64,000 nt of DNA from Longimicrobiales bacterium (GTDB lineage Bacteria; Gemmatimonadota; Gemmatimonadetes; Longimicrobiales; Gaopeijiaceae). Positions 9,145 through 19,100 of this stretch are shown one piece after another (the stretch's first letter is position 1; each line of letters opens with the position of its first letter). The DNA lies in NCBI GenBank assembly GCA_041690395.1, contig JAWLHJ010000006.1, positions 166,530 to 230,529 of the forward strand, read 5' to 3'. A program made the translations under genes and the position numbers. The notes under the pieces are model-generated. The model did no database searches. It was not told the origin of the DNA and worked only from the letters and a program-made list of their open reading frames with translations.

Positions 9145-10212
9145 TCAGAAGCCGATCTGGAAGTTCACGAGCAGCCGGTACGGCAGGCCGCTGTCCCGCA
9201 TGGGGAAGACGCCGTTCACCTGGATCTCGGACGCCCCCGTCGGCCACACGTTGTAGCCGAGCACGATGGCGTCGTCCGCGTCCAGAGCGGTGACGCTCCG
9301 GAACCGGTCCCATCGTGCGAGAACCTGGTGGTTCTCCCGCACGTGCCACCCGATGGTGGCGTAGAGACCGTCCGCGTCACGGTCCACCGTGAGGGTCGGC
9401 TGCCATTCGGCCCGGATGTACTCGGCCGCGAGCAGAAGCGGCCCCGACGTGAAGCGTCCGTCGATCCCGAGGAGCACGCCGTCCCCGCGGAAGGCGTTCC
9501 CGCCGGCCCCGGCCCCCACCGCTCCGTCCCGACCGAAGCCGGCTTGGCCGGCCACAGCCAGGAGGCCCTCCTCACCCACGGCAATGCCCGCGCCCTCGAG
9601 CCGGAGGACGCCGAGGAGCGGCTCACCGGGAACGTTGTTCGATCCGCCCGTGAAGCCACCGGCCGCCCACGACACGTGCTCGTCGAGCCGGCCGCTCAGA
9701 CGAACGCCGAGCTGCCGGTTCGGCGCGAGCGCGCTCACGACGCGGGCCCGGTCGACGAAGTCGATCGAACCGGCATAGGTGAGGAGCTCACGGCTGAACG
9801 GGGTCTTGAACCGTCCCGCGTCGACGGCGAAGGCATCGCTGTGCACCCACCCCGCCCGCGCGTCGAGGAGCGAGGGCGAAGCCGCGAAGTTCGTCTGCAG
9901 GTCGTAGCGGAATCCGCCGTCGAGGTCGCCGCTGACCCGCAGGCGCGCCGCGGCCACCTGGGCACGGGCCGGCTGGTCGTCGAGGCCGGGATCCACGACG
10001 GCCTGGATCAACGCGCCGACCGTGAGACCGGGCTGCTGGAAGACCGCTCGCAGGTCGTCGAGGACGGGCTCTGGGCCGGAAGGAGCCTGCCCGGACGCCG
10101 GCGCCGGGGCGACCACGGCCAGGGCCGCGAGCGTAATCGCGACGAGGACGCGCCCCACGGAGCGCGGCGAGCAGATCCTGCGCGAAGACGAGGGAATCGA
10201 TGGTTCGCTCAT
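9145..10212 (-). CDS. Outer-membrane porin (OprO/OprP-like)
   Basis: Signal peptide, ARLRVSG, SLLDA, GRFKTPFSRE, amphipathic strands and C-terminal aromatic QIGF. Start approximate. Confidence 0.75.
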   Translation of the reverse strand: MSEPSIPSSSRRICSPRSVGRVLVAITLAALAVVAPAPASGQAPSGPEPVLDDLRAVFQQPGLTVGALIQAVVDPGLDDQPARAQVAAARLRVSGDLDGGFRYDLQTNFAASPSLLDARAGWVHSDAFAVDAGRFKTPFSRELLTYAGSIDFVDRARVVSALAPNRQLGVRLSGRLDEHVSWAAGGFTGGSNNVPGEPLLGVLRLEGAGIAVGEEGLLAVAGQAGFGRDGAVGAGAGGNAFRGDGVLLGIDGRFTSGPLLLAAEYIRAEWQPTLTVDRDADGLYATIGWHVRENHQVLARWDRFRSVTALDADDAIVLGYNVWPTGASEIQVNGVFPMRDSGLPYRLLVNFQIGF

Positions 10213-10410
10213 GATGAGGAGCCCCGTTCTGGTGGTCCGGACAGAAGATCGATCGACCTCAATATACGAACGCCTGATGGACCCTTCGAACTCGGCCGCA
10301 CTATAAGAACTCGCGTGTCGCCTGGCGGTATCCGCCGCCGGGACCACCGAACGCCGGCCTGGCCGTCGAGCCGACTCGCGGGCAGCGCTCCCACAGCGTA
10401 GGATGAGGGC

Positions 10411-10827
10411 ATGATCAAGAGACTCCTTCGGCCCGCCGTCTCTCTCCGGGCGGCGCTCGTCCTGGTCACCCTCGTCGGCGCTTCAGCGTGCGGCTCCCTC
10501 GGGAACAGCACCCCGAATCCGTTCGACGGGGCCGCGCGGTCCGGTGAGAATCGGCTGCGCATCCAGGTTCAGAACATGAATTTCAACGACGTCACGGTTT
10601 ATGCCGTGTCGGCGGGCCAGCGGATCCGGCTCGGGAACGTGACCGGGAAGACCGACGAGAACTTCCAGATCGACTGGAACTTCGCCAACCCGATCTCCTT
10701 CCAGGTCGATGTGATCGGCGGCAGGGGGTGCGACACCTCCGCCATCTCGGTCGATCCCGGAGCACGGGTTTGGGTTCAGATTCCCAGTGAGGTGGGGATA
10801 TCAGGATGCAGATCCGGAAGAGCTTGA
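10411..10827 (+). CDS. Lipoprotein of unknown function (paralogue 1)
   Basis: Lipobox-like GASAC; beta-rich domain. Confidence 0.75.
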   Translation: MIKRLLRPAVSLRAALVLVTLVGASACGSLGNSTPNPFDGAARSGENRLRIQVQNMNFNDVTVYAVSAGQRIRLGNVTGKTDENFQIDWNFANPISFQVDVIGGRGCDTSAISVDPGARVWVQIPSEVGISGCRSGRA

Positions 10828-11201
10828 GCGGAACGGCGCTCGCGCTGCTCGTCGTGAGTGGCCTCGCCGCGTGTGGGGGTGGTCGCACGACGGCCAACGC
10901 CGATCCTTTCGAAAACGCGGCCGAGGGGCCGCGGGTCATCAACATCCACGTGACCAACCTGAACTTCAACGAAGCCCGGCTCTGGGCCATCAGCATGGAG
11001 GGGCGGCAACGAATCGGCGTGATCGGCGGCAAGGCCGACGCCGTCTACCGGCTCCCGTGGAACTTCTCGCAGCCACTCCGCATCGAGATCGACCTCCTGG
11101 CCGGCCCCCGTTGCACGACCGAGCCGATCAACGTGGATCCAGGTGACGACCTCAGGCTCCAGATCGAGATGGACCTCGCGCGTCAGGCACGCTGCAACTA
11201 G
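10806..11201 (+). CDS. Lipoprotein of unknown function (paralogue 2)
   Basis: Lipobox LAAC; aligns with 10411-10827 (NxNFN, WNF, C..., VDPG). Confidence 0.75.
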   Translation: MQIRKSLSGTALALLVVSGLAACGGGRTTANADPFENAAEGPRVINIHVTNLNFNEARLWAISMEGRQRIGVIGGKADAVYRLPWNFSQPLRIEIDLLAGPRCTTEPINVDPGDDLRLQIEMDLARQARCN

Positions 11202-11238
11202 CGCTCCAACCGGGCCGCGTCTGACCGCGCCTCCCGGG

Positions 11239-12429
11239 TCAGTACAGCAGGTAGGGGTCCGCGTCCCTTCCGAAGCGCTCCAGCTCGGACGCGACGCCGT
11301 CCATGAGCGCGTCCGCGTCGTCCCCACGGTCGATGCCCAGCCGCAGGCCGTCGTGCCCCCAGAGCAGGTCGATGGGCATGAGCTCCTCCTCGTACTCGTA
11401 CGGAGGCGGACGCCACCCGAACCGCTCGGGCGCGATCCCCCGCACCGCGCACAGGATCTCGACCGCGCTCCGGACCGGCCGGAACGTGACGGGGTCGACC
11501 ACATGGAGCTGCGCACCGCCGCACAGCTCGCCCCGATGCTTCTGGAACGTCGGCTCGAAGTGGCACGGACGGAGCGCGACGCCCGGCCCCAACCGACTCT
11601 CGAGCCGCTCGGCCAACGCTCCGGCATCCACGTACGGGGAGCCGAACAGCTCGAACGGTCGTGTGGTACCGCGGCCCTCGGAGAGGTTCGTCCCCTCCAG
11701 CAGGACCATCCCCGGGTACACGTCGCACGAATCCGGCGTCGGGAGGTTGGGGCTGGGCATCACCCAGGGAAGCCCGGTGTCCCGCCAACGCATCCCCCGC
11801 GTGAGCCCGTCGCAGGGAACCACCTCGAGCTCGCACCCGATGCCGCGCTCCACGTTCGCCCAGCGGGCCAACTCTCCGGCCGTGAGGCCGTGGCGCAGCG
11901 GCACCGGATGGAGTCCGACGAACGACTCGAAGCCGGGGCGGAGCAGCGGGCCCTCCCGGACCTCGAGCCCGACCGGATTCGGCCGGTCGAGCACGACGAA
12001 GCGCACCCCGGCCTCGGCGCAGGCCTCCATGGCCAACGTCATGGTCCACACGAAAGTGTAGACACGCACGCCCACGTCCTGCAGGTCGAAGACGAGCGCG
12101 TCCAGGCCGCTCAGCATGTCGGGCGTCGGCTTCCGCACTTCGCCGTAGAGCGAGTGCACCGGAAGCCCGGATACCGGATCGCGGTAGGAGTCCGACTCGA
12201 TCATGTTGTCCTGCTTCTCCCCGCGGGCGCCGTGCTGCGGTCCGAACAGGGCCGCGACATCGAAGCCCGACCGGAGCAGCGCGTCGACCGAGGGCTCGAG
12301 CGCAGGGGTGACCGATGCCGGGTGGACGACCAGCCCGAGGCGCTCGCGCGCCAGATGGTCGTGCTCGCCGCGGAGCAGTCGCGCGACGCCCGGGACCACG
12401 ACTGGCCCGCTCACAGCCGAGTCGCTCAC
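11239..12429 (-). CDS. namZ: Exo-beta-N-acetylmuramidase NamZ family (DUF1343)
   Basis: LFGPQHG, SLYG, FDLQDVGVRVYTF, VLDRPNP, RHGLTAGELA, PSPNLP, SEGRGTTRPFE. GTGA overlap with the upstream gene. Confidence 0.88.
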   Translation of the reverse strand: MSDSAVSGPVVVPGVARLLRGEHDHLARERLGLVVHPASVTPALEPSVDALLRSGFDVAALFGPQHGARGEKQDNMIESDSYRDPVSGLPVHSLYGEVRKPTPDMLSGLDALVFDLQDVGVRVYTFVWTMTLAMEACAEAGVRFVVLDRPNPVGLEVREGPLLRPGFESFVGLHPVPLRHGLTAGELARWANVERGIGCELEVVPCDGLTRGMRWRDTGLPWVMPSPNLPTPDSCDVYPGMVLLEGTNLSEGRGTTRPFELFGSPYVDAGALAERLESRLGPGVALRPCHFEPTFQKHRGELCGGAQLHVVDPVTFRPVRSAVEILCAVRGIAPERFGWRPPPYEYEEELMPIDLLWGHDGLRLGIDRGDDADALMDGVASELERFGRDADPYLLY

Positions 12430-14189
12430 GGCCGCCACGCCAGATCCGCCGCGAGAGCCCGGGTGAACGCCGGCACCCATACGGAGTCGGCCCTGATCTC
12501 CTCGCCGTCCCGGAAAAGCGTGGTACGGAGCCGTGTATCCTGCGGCACTCCGCAGGCCCGATAGTACCCGCGCTCGTCGGTGACGTCCGAGAGACCCACC
12601 ATGTCCGACTCGATGGCGCCCCCGCCGGGAACGGCCCGCACGCGGAAGTCCTCCCACGTGATGCGGACGGTCACGCCGGCCAACGCGCGGCCGTTGGACG
12701 CATCGACGACCCGCCCGGCCAGCATCGCAGTGCCCTCGGGCAGCGCCGCGCTCGCGGGCGCCGCCGCCTCCAAGGGAGTGCCCGTCCGCTCGATCAGGGC
12801 GGCGCGCCGGGCAGCCGCCTGCTCCCGGCATGCCTCGAAGGCGAGCTCGGACACCGACGGCATCCGGAAGTAGAAGGTGCCTACCTCACCCCGAGTCGCG
12901 GACTGCTCGACGAGATCGGGCTCGAGCCCGTAGGACTCGAGCTCGTCGTCGACGAAGCGGATCCGGTAGACACCGTCCGTCAGCCCCCCGATCTCGAAAC
13001 GCCCCTCGGCGTCCGTGAACACCATCTGGCTCGAGCCGACGATGCCGACCCGCACACCCTGCTTCGGCATGACCCCGAGGCTGTCCTGGACGAATCCCTC
13101 GATGGCCGCCGTCTCGCCTCGCATGAGCGCCTCGCCGCCGGAGCTCCGGACCTCGGTGACGCGCCCGCCCGTCTGCCGGTAGCCGTCGACCCGCGTGCGC
13201 ATGTTGCCCGAGAAGTCCCTGTCCCTCACGAGCAACGGCATCCGGATCCACCACTCCGGAACGATCCAGGTCCCGTCGTCCATGCGCCGGAACTCCACGA
13301 ACCCGCCGACCAGACCGGTGTCCGCCTCCGGCGGGATGTTCACGTACCGGTACTCGAGCCAACGGAGCTCGGACGTGGCCGGATCGAGCCAGAGCACGCC
13401 GCGGATGTCGACCACGTCGCGGTCCCGGGACGGGACGGGCTCGAAGCCCACGCCGATCAGCCCTTCCGCCTCATCCTCCCCTGCCCGGAGACGGAGGCAA
13501 TGGGTGTCGAGGAACGGATCCGACAGCAGCACTTCGGCGTCCGGGGCGTAGTAGACGTTCGCCCGGTTCTCGTCCGGTTGGAGGAAGCCGTCCCGGATGA
13601 GGTCCTCGGCCGGAAGGCTGGTGAAGGGGACCCGCAGATACGCGACCCGCGACGCCCCCTCCTCCCGGAGCACCACCCGGCCGTCGCCGTCCAGATCGCG
13701 CTCGTAGGTCTCGGTCTGGTACCGGTAGAGGTTCGAGCGGTCGGTGAACGACGCCGCCTCCAGCGCCTTCCTGGCCTCGTCCCAGACCCGCGCCGTCGCG
13801 AGTCCTTCCTCGGGTCGAACCTGGCAGCGCTCCCCGGCGCTGACCTCGATCCCCTCGAGGGCGATGGCGCTCGACGGGAGGCGAAGCTCGAGCTGGACCG
13901 GCCCGGCCGCCACCTCGAACAACTCGCTCGAGGTGGTCGCGCGCCCGATCATCTCGACGCGGACCCGGTAGGTGCCGTCCGACACGTCGGCGAACATGGC
14001 CCGACCCAACGGGTCGGTGAGCTGGTCCCGGACGGGGCCGCCCGCGCCATCGACCAGATGGACCAGGGCCCCGGTGACCGGACCGCCGGTCTCCTCATCG
14101 AGCACGCGAGCCATCACGGTCTGCGCGTCGCCGTTGGCCGGAGCGTACGCCAGCGCCGAGAGAATCGCGATCGGAATCCACGGTCTCAT
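12426..14189 (-). CDS. Secreted protein with several carboxypeptidase-regulatory-like (Ig-like) domains
   Basis: Signal peptide; repeated G-x-V-x-D...P/A-L-x-G-x-x-V...TD-x-x-G-x-F/Y modules. ATGA overlap at 14189. Confidence 0.75.
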   Translation of the reverse strand: MRPWIPIAILSALAYAPANGDAQTVMARVLDEETGGPVTGALVHLVDGAGGPVRDQLTDPLGRAMFADVSDGTYRVRVEMIGRATTSSELFEVAAGPVQLELRLPSSAIALEGIEVSAGERCQVRPEEGLATARVWDEARKALEAASFTDRSNLYRYQTETYERDLDGDGRVVLREEGASRVAYLRVPFTSLPAEDLIRDGFLQPDENRANVYYAPDAEVLLSDPFLDTHCLRLRAGEDEAEGLIGVGFEPVPSRDRDVVDIRGVLWLDPATSELRWLEYRYVNIPPEADTGLVGGFVEFRRMDDGTWIVPEWWIRMPLLVRDRDFSGNMRTRVDGYRQTGGRVTEVRSSGGEALMRGETAAIEGFVQDSLGVMPKQGVRVGIVGSSQMVFTDAEGRFEIGGLTDGVYRIRFVDDELESYGLEPDLVEQSATRGEVGTFYFRMPSVSELAFEACREQAAARRAALIERTGTPLEAAAPASAALPEGTAMLAGRVVDASNGRALAGVTVRITWEDFRVRAVPGGGAIESDMVGLSDVTDERGYYRACGVPQDTRLRTTLFRDGEEIRADSVWVPAFTRALAADLAWRP

Positions 14190-16135
14190 CTCGTCATTCC
14201 CCCCGATCGGTCGGAGAACCGCCCGAGCACGGCGCCGCACGAGCCCTCACCCGACCGGACCGAAAGCAGGAGCAGACGGAGCGGGCGGAAGGCTCCTTCG
14301 CCCGATCGCTCGAAGAGCCCGCCGGCTGCGACCCGGAAGAGGGACTCCTCGGACGGCCAACGCACGAGCACGCTGCGGGCCGAGTCGACGAACGCGCGGT
14401 GGGCCTCGTCCGGGCCGAAGACCACGCGGTTCAGATTCATGCACGGGGCCAAGGTCGACATCACCGCGAAGCTCTCCCACGCCAGCCCTCGCACCGTGCC
14501 GGAGTCGAGAACGAGGCCCGGCAGCATGCGGGCGAGCGCTTCCGTGCTGGCGGGCCGGGGCGAGTGCATGCGCGCCGCCGCCCTCATGCCCGTGGCCCTC
14601 GCCGTGGAGAGCTCGGCCGCGAGCTCCGGCCGATCGGTCACCTCGAAGAGGTGCTCGAGCGCCAGACCGCCTTCCCGCACCAGCGCGTGCCCGACCAGGT
14701 TGTCCATGAGTGTAGGTCCCTGGTCGGCGAGCAGGAAGCCGAGCGAGAGGACCTCGCGGACGAGCGTCTCGGCCGCCTCGGTGCGCCCTGCCGCGAGCTC
14801 GACCGCCGCGGCCGCCACGTGCGCGTGGGCACCGAGACGCACACCCTGGAGCTGCGGCTGGGAGACGGAAACGCCCTCGGACGCCGCGGGGAGGGGATCT
14901 CGCCACCGGGCGGCCGCGACGTCGATGCGGAGCGCTCGTGCGAGGCGCGAGAAGTCCGCCCGGGCCGGATGGTCCGCGACCTCCTCGAGGTAGGCGCGTT
15001 GCTCCGCGGTCGGACCGCTCCGCACCAGCTCGAAGACCGAGGCGTGCCAGCGTGGAGGAGGGGCCCCGATCGGGTCGGTCCCTCCTGTGTCGGGGAGCCA
15101 GGGCTCGACGATGCGAACCGCCGGCTCGATCTCTCCGGTCGGGACCGGCTCGTCCGTGCCGACGTATGCGAGGCTCTGGAGCAGGCGGCCCGCCTCTCCG
15201 GGCGTGATGGCCGGATCGGGCGAGACCCGGTGCACCCGGTAGACCTCGAGCTCCGCGGCGCGCCGCTGGATGTCGTCGTAGGTGGGGAACGAAACGCTCG
15301 CCAGCATCGGCCCGACCGCGGAGGCCGGCAACAGGAGCAGGACGGGCAGCAGCACCACCACGGCCGCGACCGTGAAGCCGAGTCCCGCCTTCCCGAGAAG
15401 CCGGGCCGGCGCCCGCGCGCCCTCGGGCCGCGGCGCGAGTCTGGCCCGGTCCCGCCATCTCTCGATACGCCCCGTATCGAGGTCGTCCTCCCAGGCCCCT
15501 GAGTGCCAATCCCTACGCGCCCGCCTCACGCGCACGTCGTCGGTGAGGCTCACCACGATGCCGACCAGATACATCCCCGCGGCCGGCAACAGCGTGACGT
15601 ACCGCAGCGCCTCCGGCCCCATCCAACCGCGGGCCGCGACGATCAGTCCCACGGCCAGCGACAAGCACAACCAGACGCCCCCGGCCGCGAGGAGGCACGG
15701 GGCGAGGAGGCGCGCGGACACGAGCATCTCCCGGTCGGGGCGCTCGAGGACCGAGAAGTATCGGTCCCCCTGGAGGAGGAAGCCCATGTCCCGGCGTCGA
15801 TCCGACACCACGCACGCGAGCGTCCGGAGATCGTATCCGCGCTCCACGGCATGCATCGAGCGACGGGCCATCCTCGCGAGCCTGAGAAAGGCGTCGAGCG
15901 CGAAGGCGAGCCCGAAGGTGGCCGACACGGCACCGACCCACCAGGCGTCCGCGAGCGGCCCGAGCGTCGCGAGATCCCAGGGTGTCGTCGTCACGAAAAG
16001 CACGGGAAGTACCAGCAGAGCCGCCGCCAGCCACCCGCTCCGGACGACCCGCCACAGGTCGCCCTGCATCCGCTCCAGCCCGGGCGGCGGCCACCGGAAG
16101 CCTTCGCCTCGTCCCCTCCCCTCCAACTCGCTCAC
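14186..16135 (-). CDS. Hypothetical membrane protein (several N-terminal TM helices plus a helical C-domain)
   Basis: 649-aa ORF with start and stop overlaps to both neighbours; hydrophobic segments. Confidence 0.7.
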   Translation of the reverse strand: MSELEGRGRGEGFRWPPPGLERMQGDLWRVVRSGWLAAALLVLPVLFVTTTPWDLATLGPLADAWWVGAVSATFGLAFALDAFLRLARMARRSMHAVERGYDLRTLACVVSDRRRDMGFLLQGDRYFSVLERPDREMLVSARLLAPCLLAAGGVWLCLSLAVGLIVAARGWMGPEALRYVTLLPAAGMYLVGIVVSLTDDVRVRRARRDWHSGAWEDDLDTGRIERWRDRARLAPRPEGARAPARLLGKAGLGFTVAAVVVLLPVLLLLPASAVGPMLASVSFPTYDDIQRRAAELEVYRVHRVSPDPAITPGEAGRLLQSLAYVGTDEPVPTGEIEPAVRIVEPWLPDTGGTDPIGAPPPRWHASVFELVRSGPTAEQRAYLEEVADHPARADFSRLARALRIDVAAARWRDPLPAASEGVSVSQPQLQGVRLGAHAHVAAAAVELAAGRTEAAETLVREVLSLGFLLADQGPTLMDNLVGHALVREGGLALEHLFEVTDRPELAAELSTARATGMRAAARMHSPRPASTEALARMLPGLVLDSGTVRGLAWESFAVMSTLAPCMNLNRVVFGPDEAHRAFVDSARSVLVRWPSEESLFRVAAGGLFERSGEGAFRPLRLLLLSVRSGEGSCGAVLGRFSDRSGGMTR

Positions 16136-19100
16136 CAGCGCTCCACCCTCCCCTGGGTCGTGAAGAAGAGCACCCGCTCCTTGACCGGGTCCCCCGTCAG
16201 CGAACCCCAGGCGTCGGCGTAGAGGTCCACCTGACGCCGATATCCGTCGACACGCTCCGCGAAGTGCGGGTCGGTGCCGACGTCCGTCTTGTAATCGACC
16301 ACCACCCAGCCGTCGGCCTCCTCGAAGACGAGGTCGATGACGCCTTCCAGGACCCGCGCCGGGCCCTCTCTCGGCGCGTCCGGGTCTTCTGCAGGCTCAT
16401 GGTCGCTGGGCGCGTCGAGCGCGGCCTCGTGCCGTGAGGCTCCGGCCGGGGCGGGCCCGTCGTCGCTGGCCGGCACGGTGCCGGGTTCCGGCGCCGACGC
16501 CCCGAACAGGTCGAGCTGCCGCGGCCCGTTGCGCCCGGACGGGGCCGGGCTGGGCCGACTTTCCCGTCGCGGCTCCACCCGGACACCGTCCCTGAGCGCC
16601 AGCGGGATCTCCGTGAACACCCGCGATGCCCGAACAGCGCGCGCCCAGACGTCCGACTCGCGCACCGCGTCGACGAGCTCGGTCAACTCCACGAGCTCGA
16701 GCGGATCTCCGTGATCGTCGACCGGTCGGCCGTGCTCCACGAGGAGGCTCCGGTAGGCGGCACGCAACGCGTCCGGGTCGTGCCCCTCCGAGGCCACGGC
16801 GAGCGCTCCGTGCACGACGCTCCCCCAGGAGAAGCCCCGGAAGCGGCTCGCCCGGGTGTCGTACCCGGAGGCCCGGGAGCCCGGGCGCGGTCGAGGGCCT
16901 CCACCGTCGCGCCCCGCCTGGTCGCTCACGGCACGGTCGCGCCCCATGTGGTCCGGTCCCGCTCCGTCGGCGCCCCCCTCCTTCGCGGCCGACGTCACCG
17001 ACACGAAAGAGTAGCGCTCCTCGCCCGCCCTTCGCAGTCGCTCGACGGCCCGGGCGGCCTCGTCGCGGGCCAGGTCCACGGAGGCGGCGTCCAGCTCCTT
17101 CGCGGGCGGCGCCTCCCTCCGCTCCAGGGCGACCACCTCGGCTGCCTTCTCCACCCACGGTCCGAGCGCCGACCATGGAGACTCGTGCGGCTTGTCCGCC
17201 CGCCGGGCGATCCACAGCTCTTCCCGCGCCCGGGTCACCGCTACATAGAGCAGCCGGGTGTTCTCAGCCGCCTCGAACGCCCGCTCGTCCGCTTCCCACC
17301 GGAACCAGTCGGCGGGGAGCGCCAGCGTGGCGCCGGGCTGCCCGCCGAATCCCGGCTCGTAGACCTTGAGGTATCCGAACGCCGATCCATCGGCGGTCCG
17401 ACGGACGTGCTGCCTGGGCGTCCGGTCCTGGTCACCGCTCGGGTCGGCCAGAACGACGACATCGGCCTCGAGCCCCTTGGCCTGGTGCAGGTTCATGACC
17501 CGCACCGCGTCCGGCTTGCCGGGCTCGAGGGGGGCTTCGGCGTCGGTCAGAGCGAGCGCGGCGTCGAGGGCGGCGAGCGCGCCCGGCAGAGCGGCCTCTC
17601 CCCCCAGGGTGGCCGCGCGCACCGTGTCCAGCATGAAGACCAGCGCCCCGGCCCGGAGCGACCCGAGGTCTCCCGCGGCGGCGAACGGCAGCAGCCCGAC
17701 CTCTCGGACGAGGCGTCCGACGAAGACGTCGGCGGCCTCGGCGTTCGACGCGCGCCACCACCGGTTCAGCCGTCGGAGCGCCTCCAGGACCTCCGGGTCT
17801 CCGTCCGCTCCCGGGCGCATCGCATCGAACACGCCGCCCGCGAGCCGATGCCGAAGGAGAAGCTCGTAGTCCAGGCCGAAGAAGAGGCCGACCAGCGCGG
17901 ACACCACCTTCACGGAGGTCGTCGGATCGATCATGCACTCGAGCACGGCCCGGAGCTCCCTCAGCTCCTGCTCCACGCCCACGCCGGCGCCGGTCACCTG
18001 CACCGGCAGCCCCCAGGCTTCGAGGGCCCGCGCGTAGGCTTCGATCGACATCCGCTGCCGGGTCAGGATCATGAACGATCCGGGCGGGCGCTCGCCCGCA
18101 TCGACTCGCTCCCTGATCCAGCACGCCAACCGCTCGGCGTCGTCGATGGCGATCGCCGAGCGATTGTAGGCGTCCGGCTGCACGTCGTAGACGAACACGC
18201 CCTCCGCGCCGGAGCCGGGGCGCTCGGGCAACGTGTTCAGCGGCTCGAACGCGGCCTGCTCGGGGGTCGCGCGCTCCGGGAAGAAGTCGTCGGCCGCGAA
18301 GAGCTCGTTCACCAGCGCGCCGATGGGCGGACGGGAACGGAAGTTCGTCGTGAGCTCCAACACGCCGCCGAAGTCGGCGAAGCGCTCCTTCACCAGCTGA
18401 TAGAGCTGGATGTCCGCTCGTCGGAACCGGTAGATGCTCTGCTTGGGGTCGCCGACCACGAAGAGCGCGCCGGGCCTCGGCGTGAGCCGGCGCCAGTCGG
18501 GCCCGTCGCCCCTCCCGTCCCCGCGGTCCGCGGCGGCCCCACCCTCCGCGTCGTCGTCGGAGGGCTCCGACGCGAGCAGCAACATGATCTCCGCCTGAAG
18601 CGGATCCGTGTCCTGGAACTCGTCGACCAGAAGGCGCCGGTAGCGGAGTCCGAGCTCGCGCCTGGCGTCCGGCCGCGTCCGGAGCAGCTCCGCCGACAGC
18701 ACCAGGAGATCCTGGAAGTCGAGCCGCCCCGACCTCCGTCGATACTCCCAGAACGCCTCGGCGGCCCGCCGAGCCAGGCGGATGACCAGGGCGTAGCGGT
18801 GCTCGTACCATGCCGCCAGGAGACGGGTCGCCTCGGTATCGCCCACCGAGAACTCGTCGACCTCGTCCACGTACGCCTTCGCCAGCCCGCGCTCCTTCCA
18901 GCGTTTCTGGACGATACGGTGCCCATTCGGCCCGTCCTTGCAGATCACCGCGAGCGCCTCGAAGAACGAGGGCGTGTCGCGCCATCCGGTGATCTCACGG
19001 GTGAACCGGAGGCTGCGCACCTTCTTCTGCAGGGAGTCCCAGTCCTTGTCCGGCACCGCTTCGGGCATGAGCTCCCAGCCCTTCGCCACCAGCGCTTCCA

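Noticed and set aside
12315..14993. 892-aa plus-strand ORF
   Set aside because: Antisense shadow of real minus-strand genes, common in high-GC DNA.
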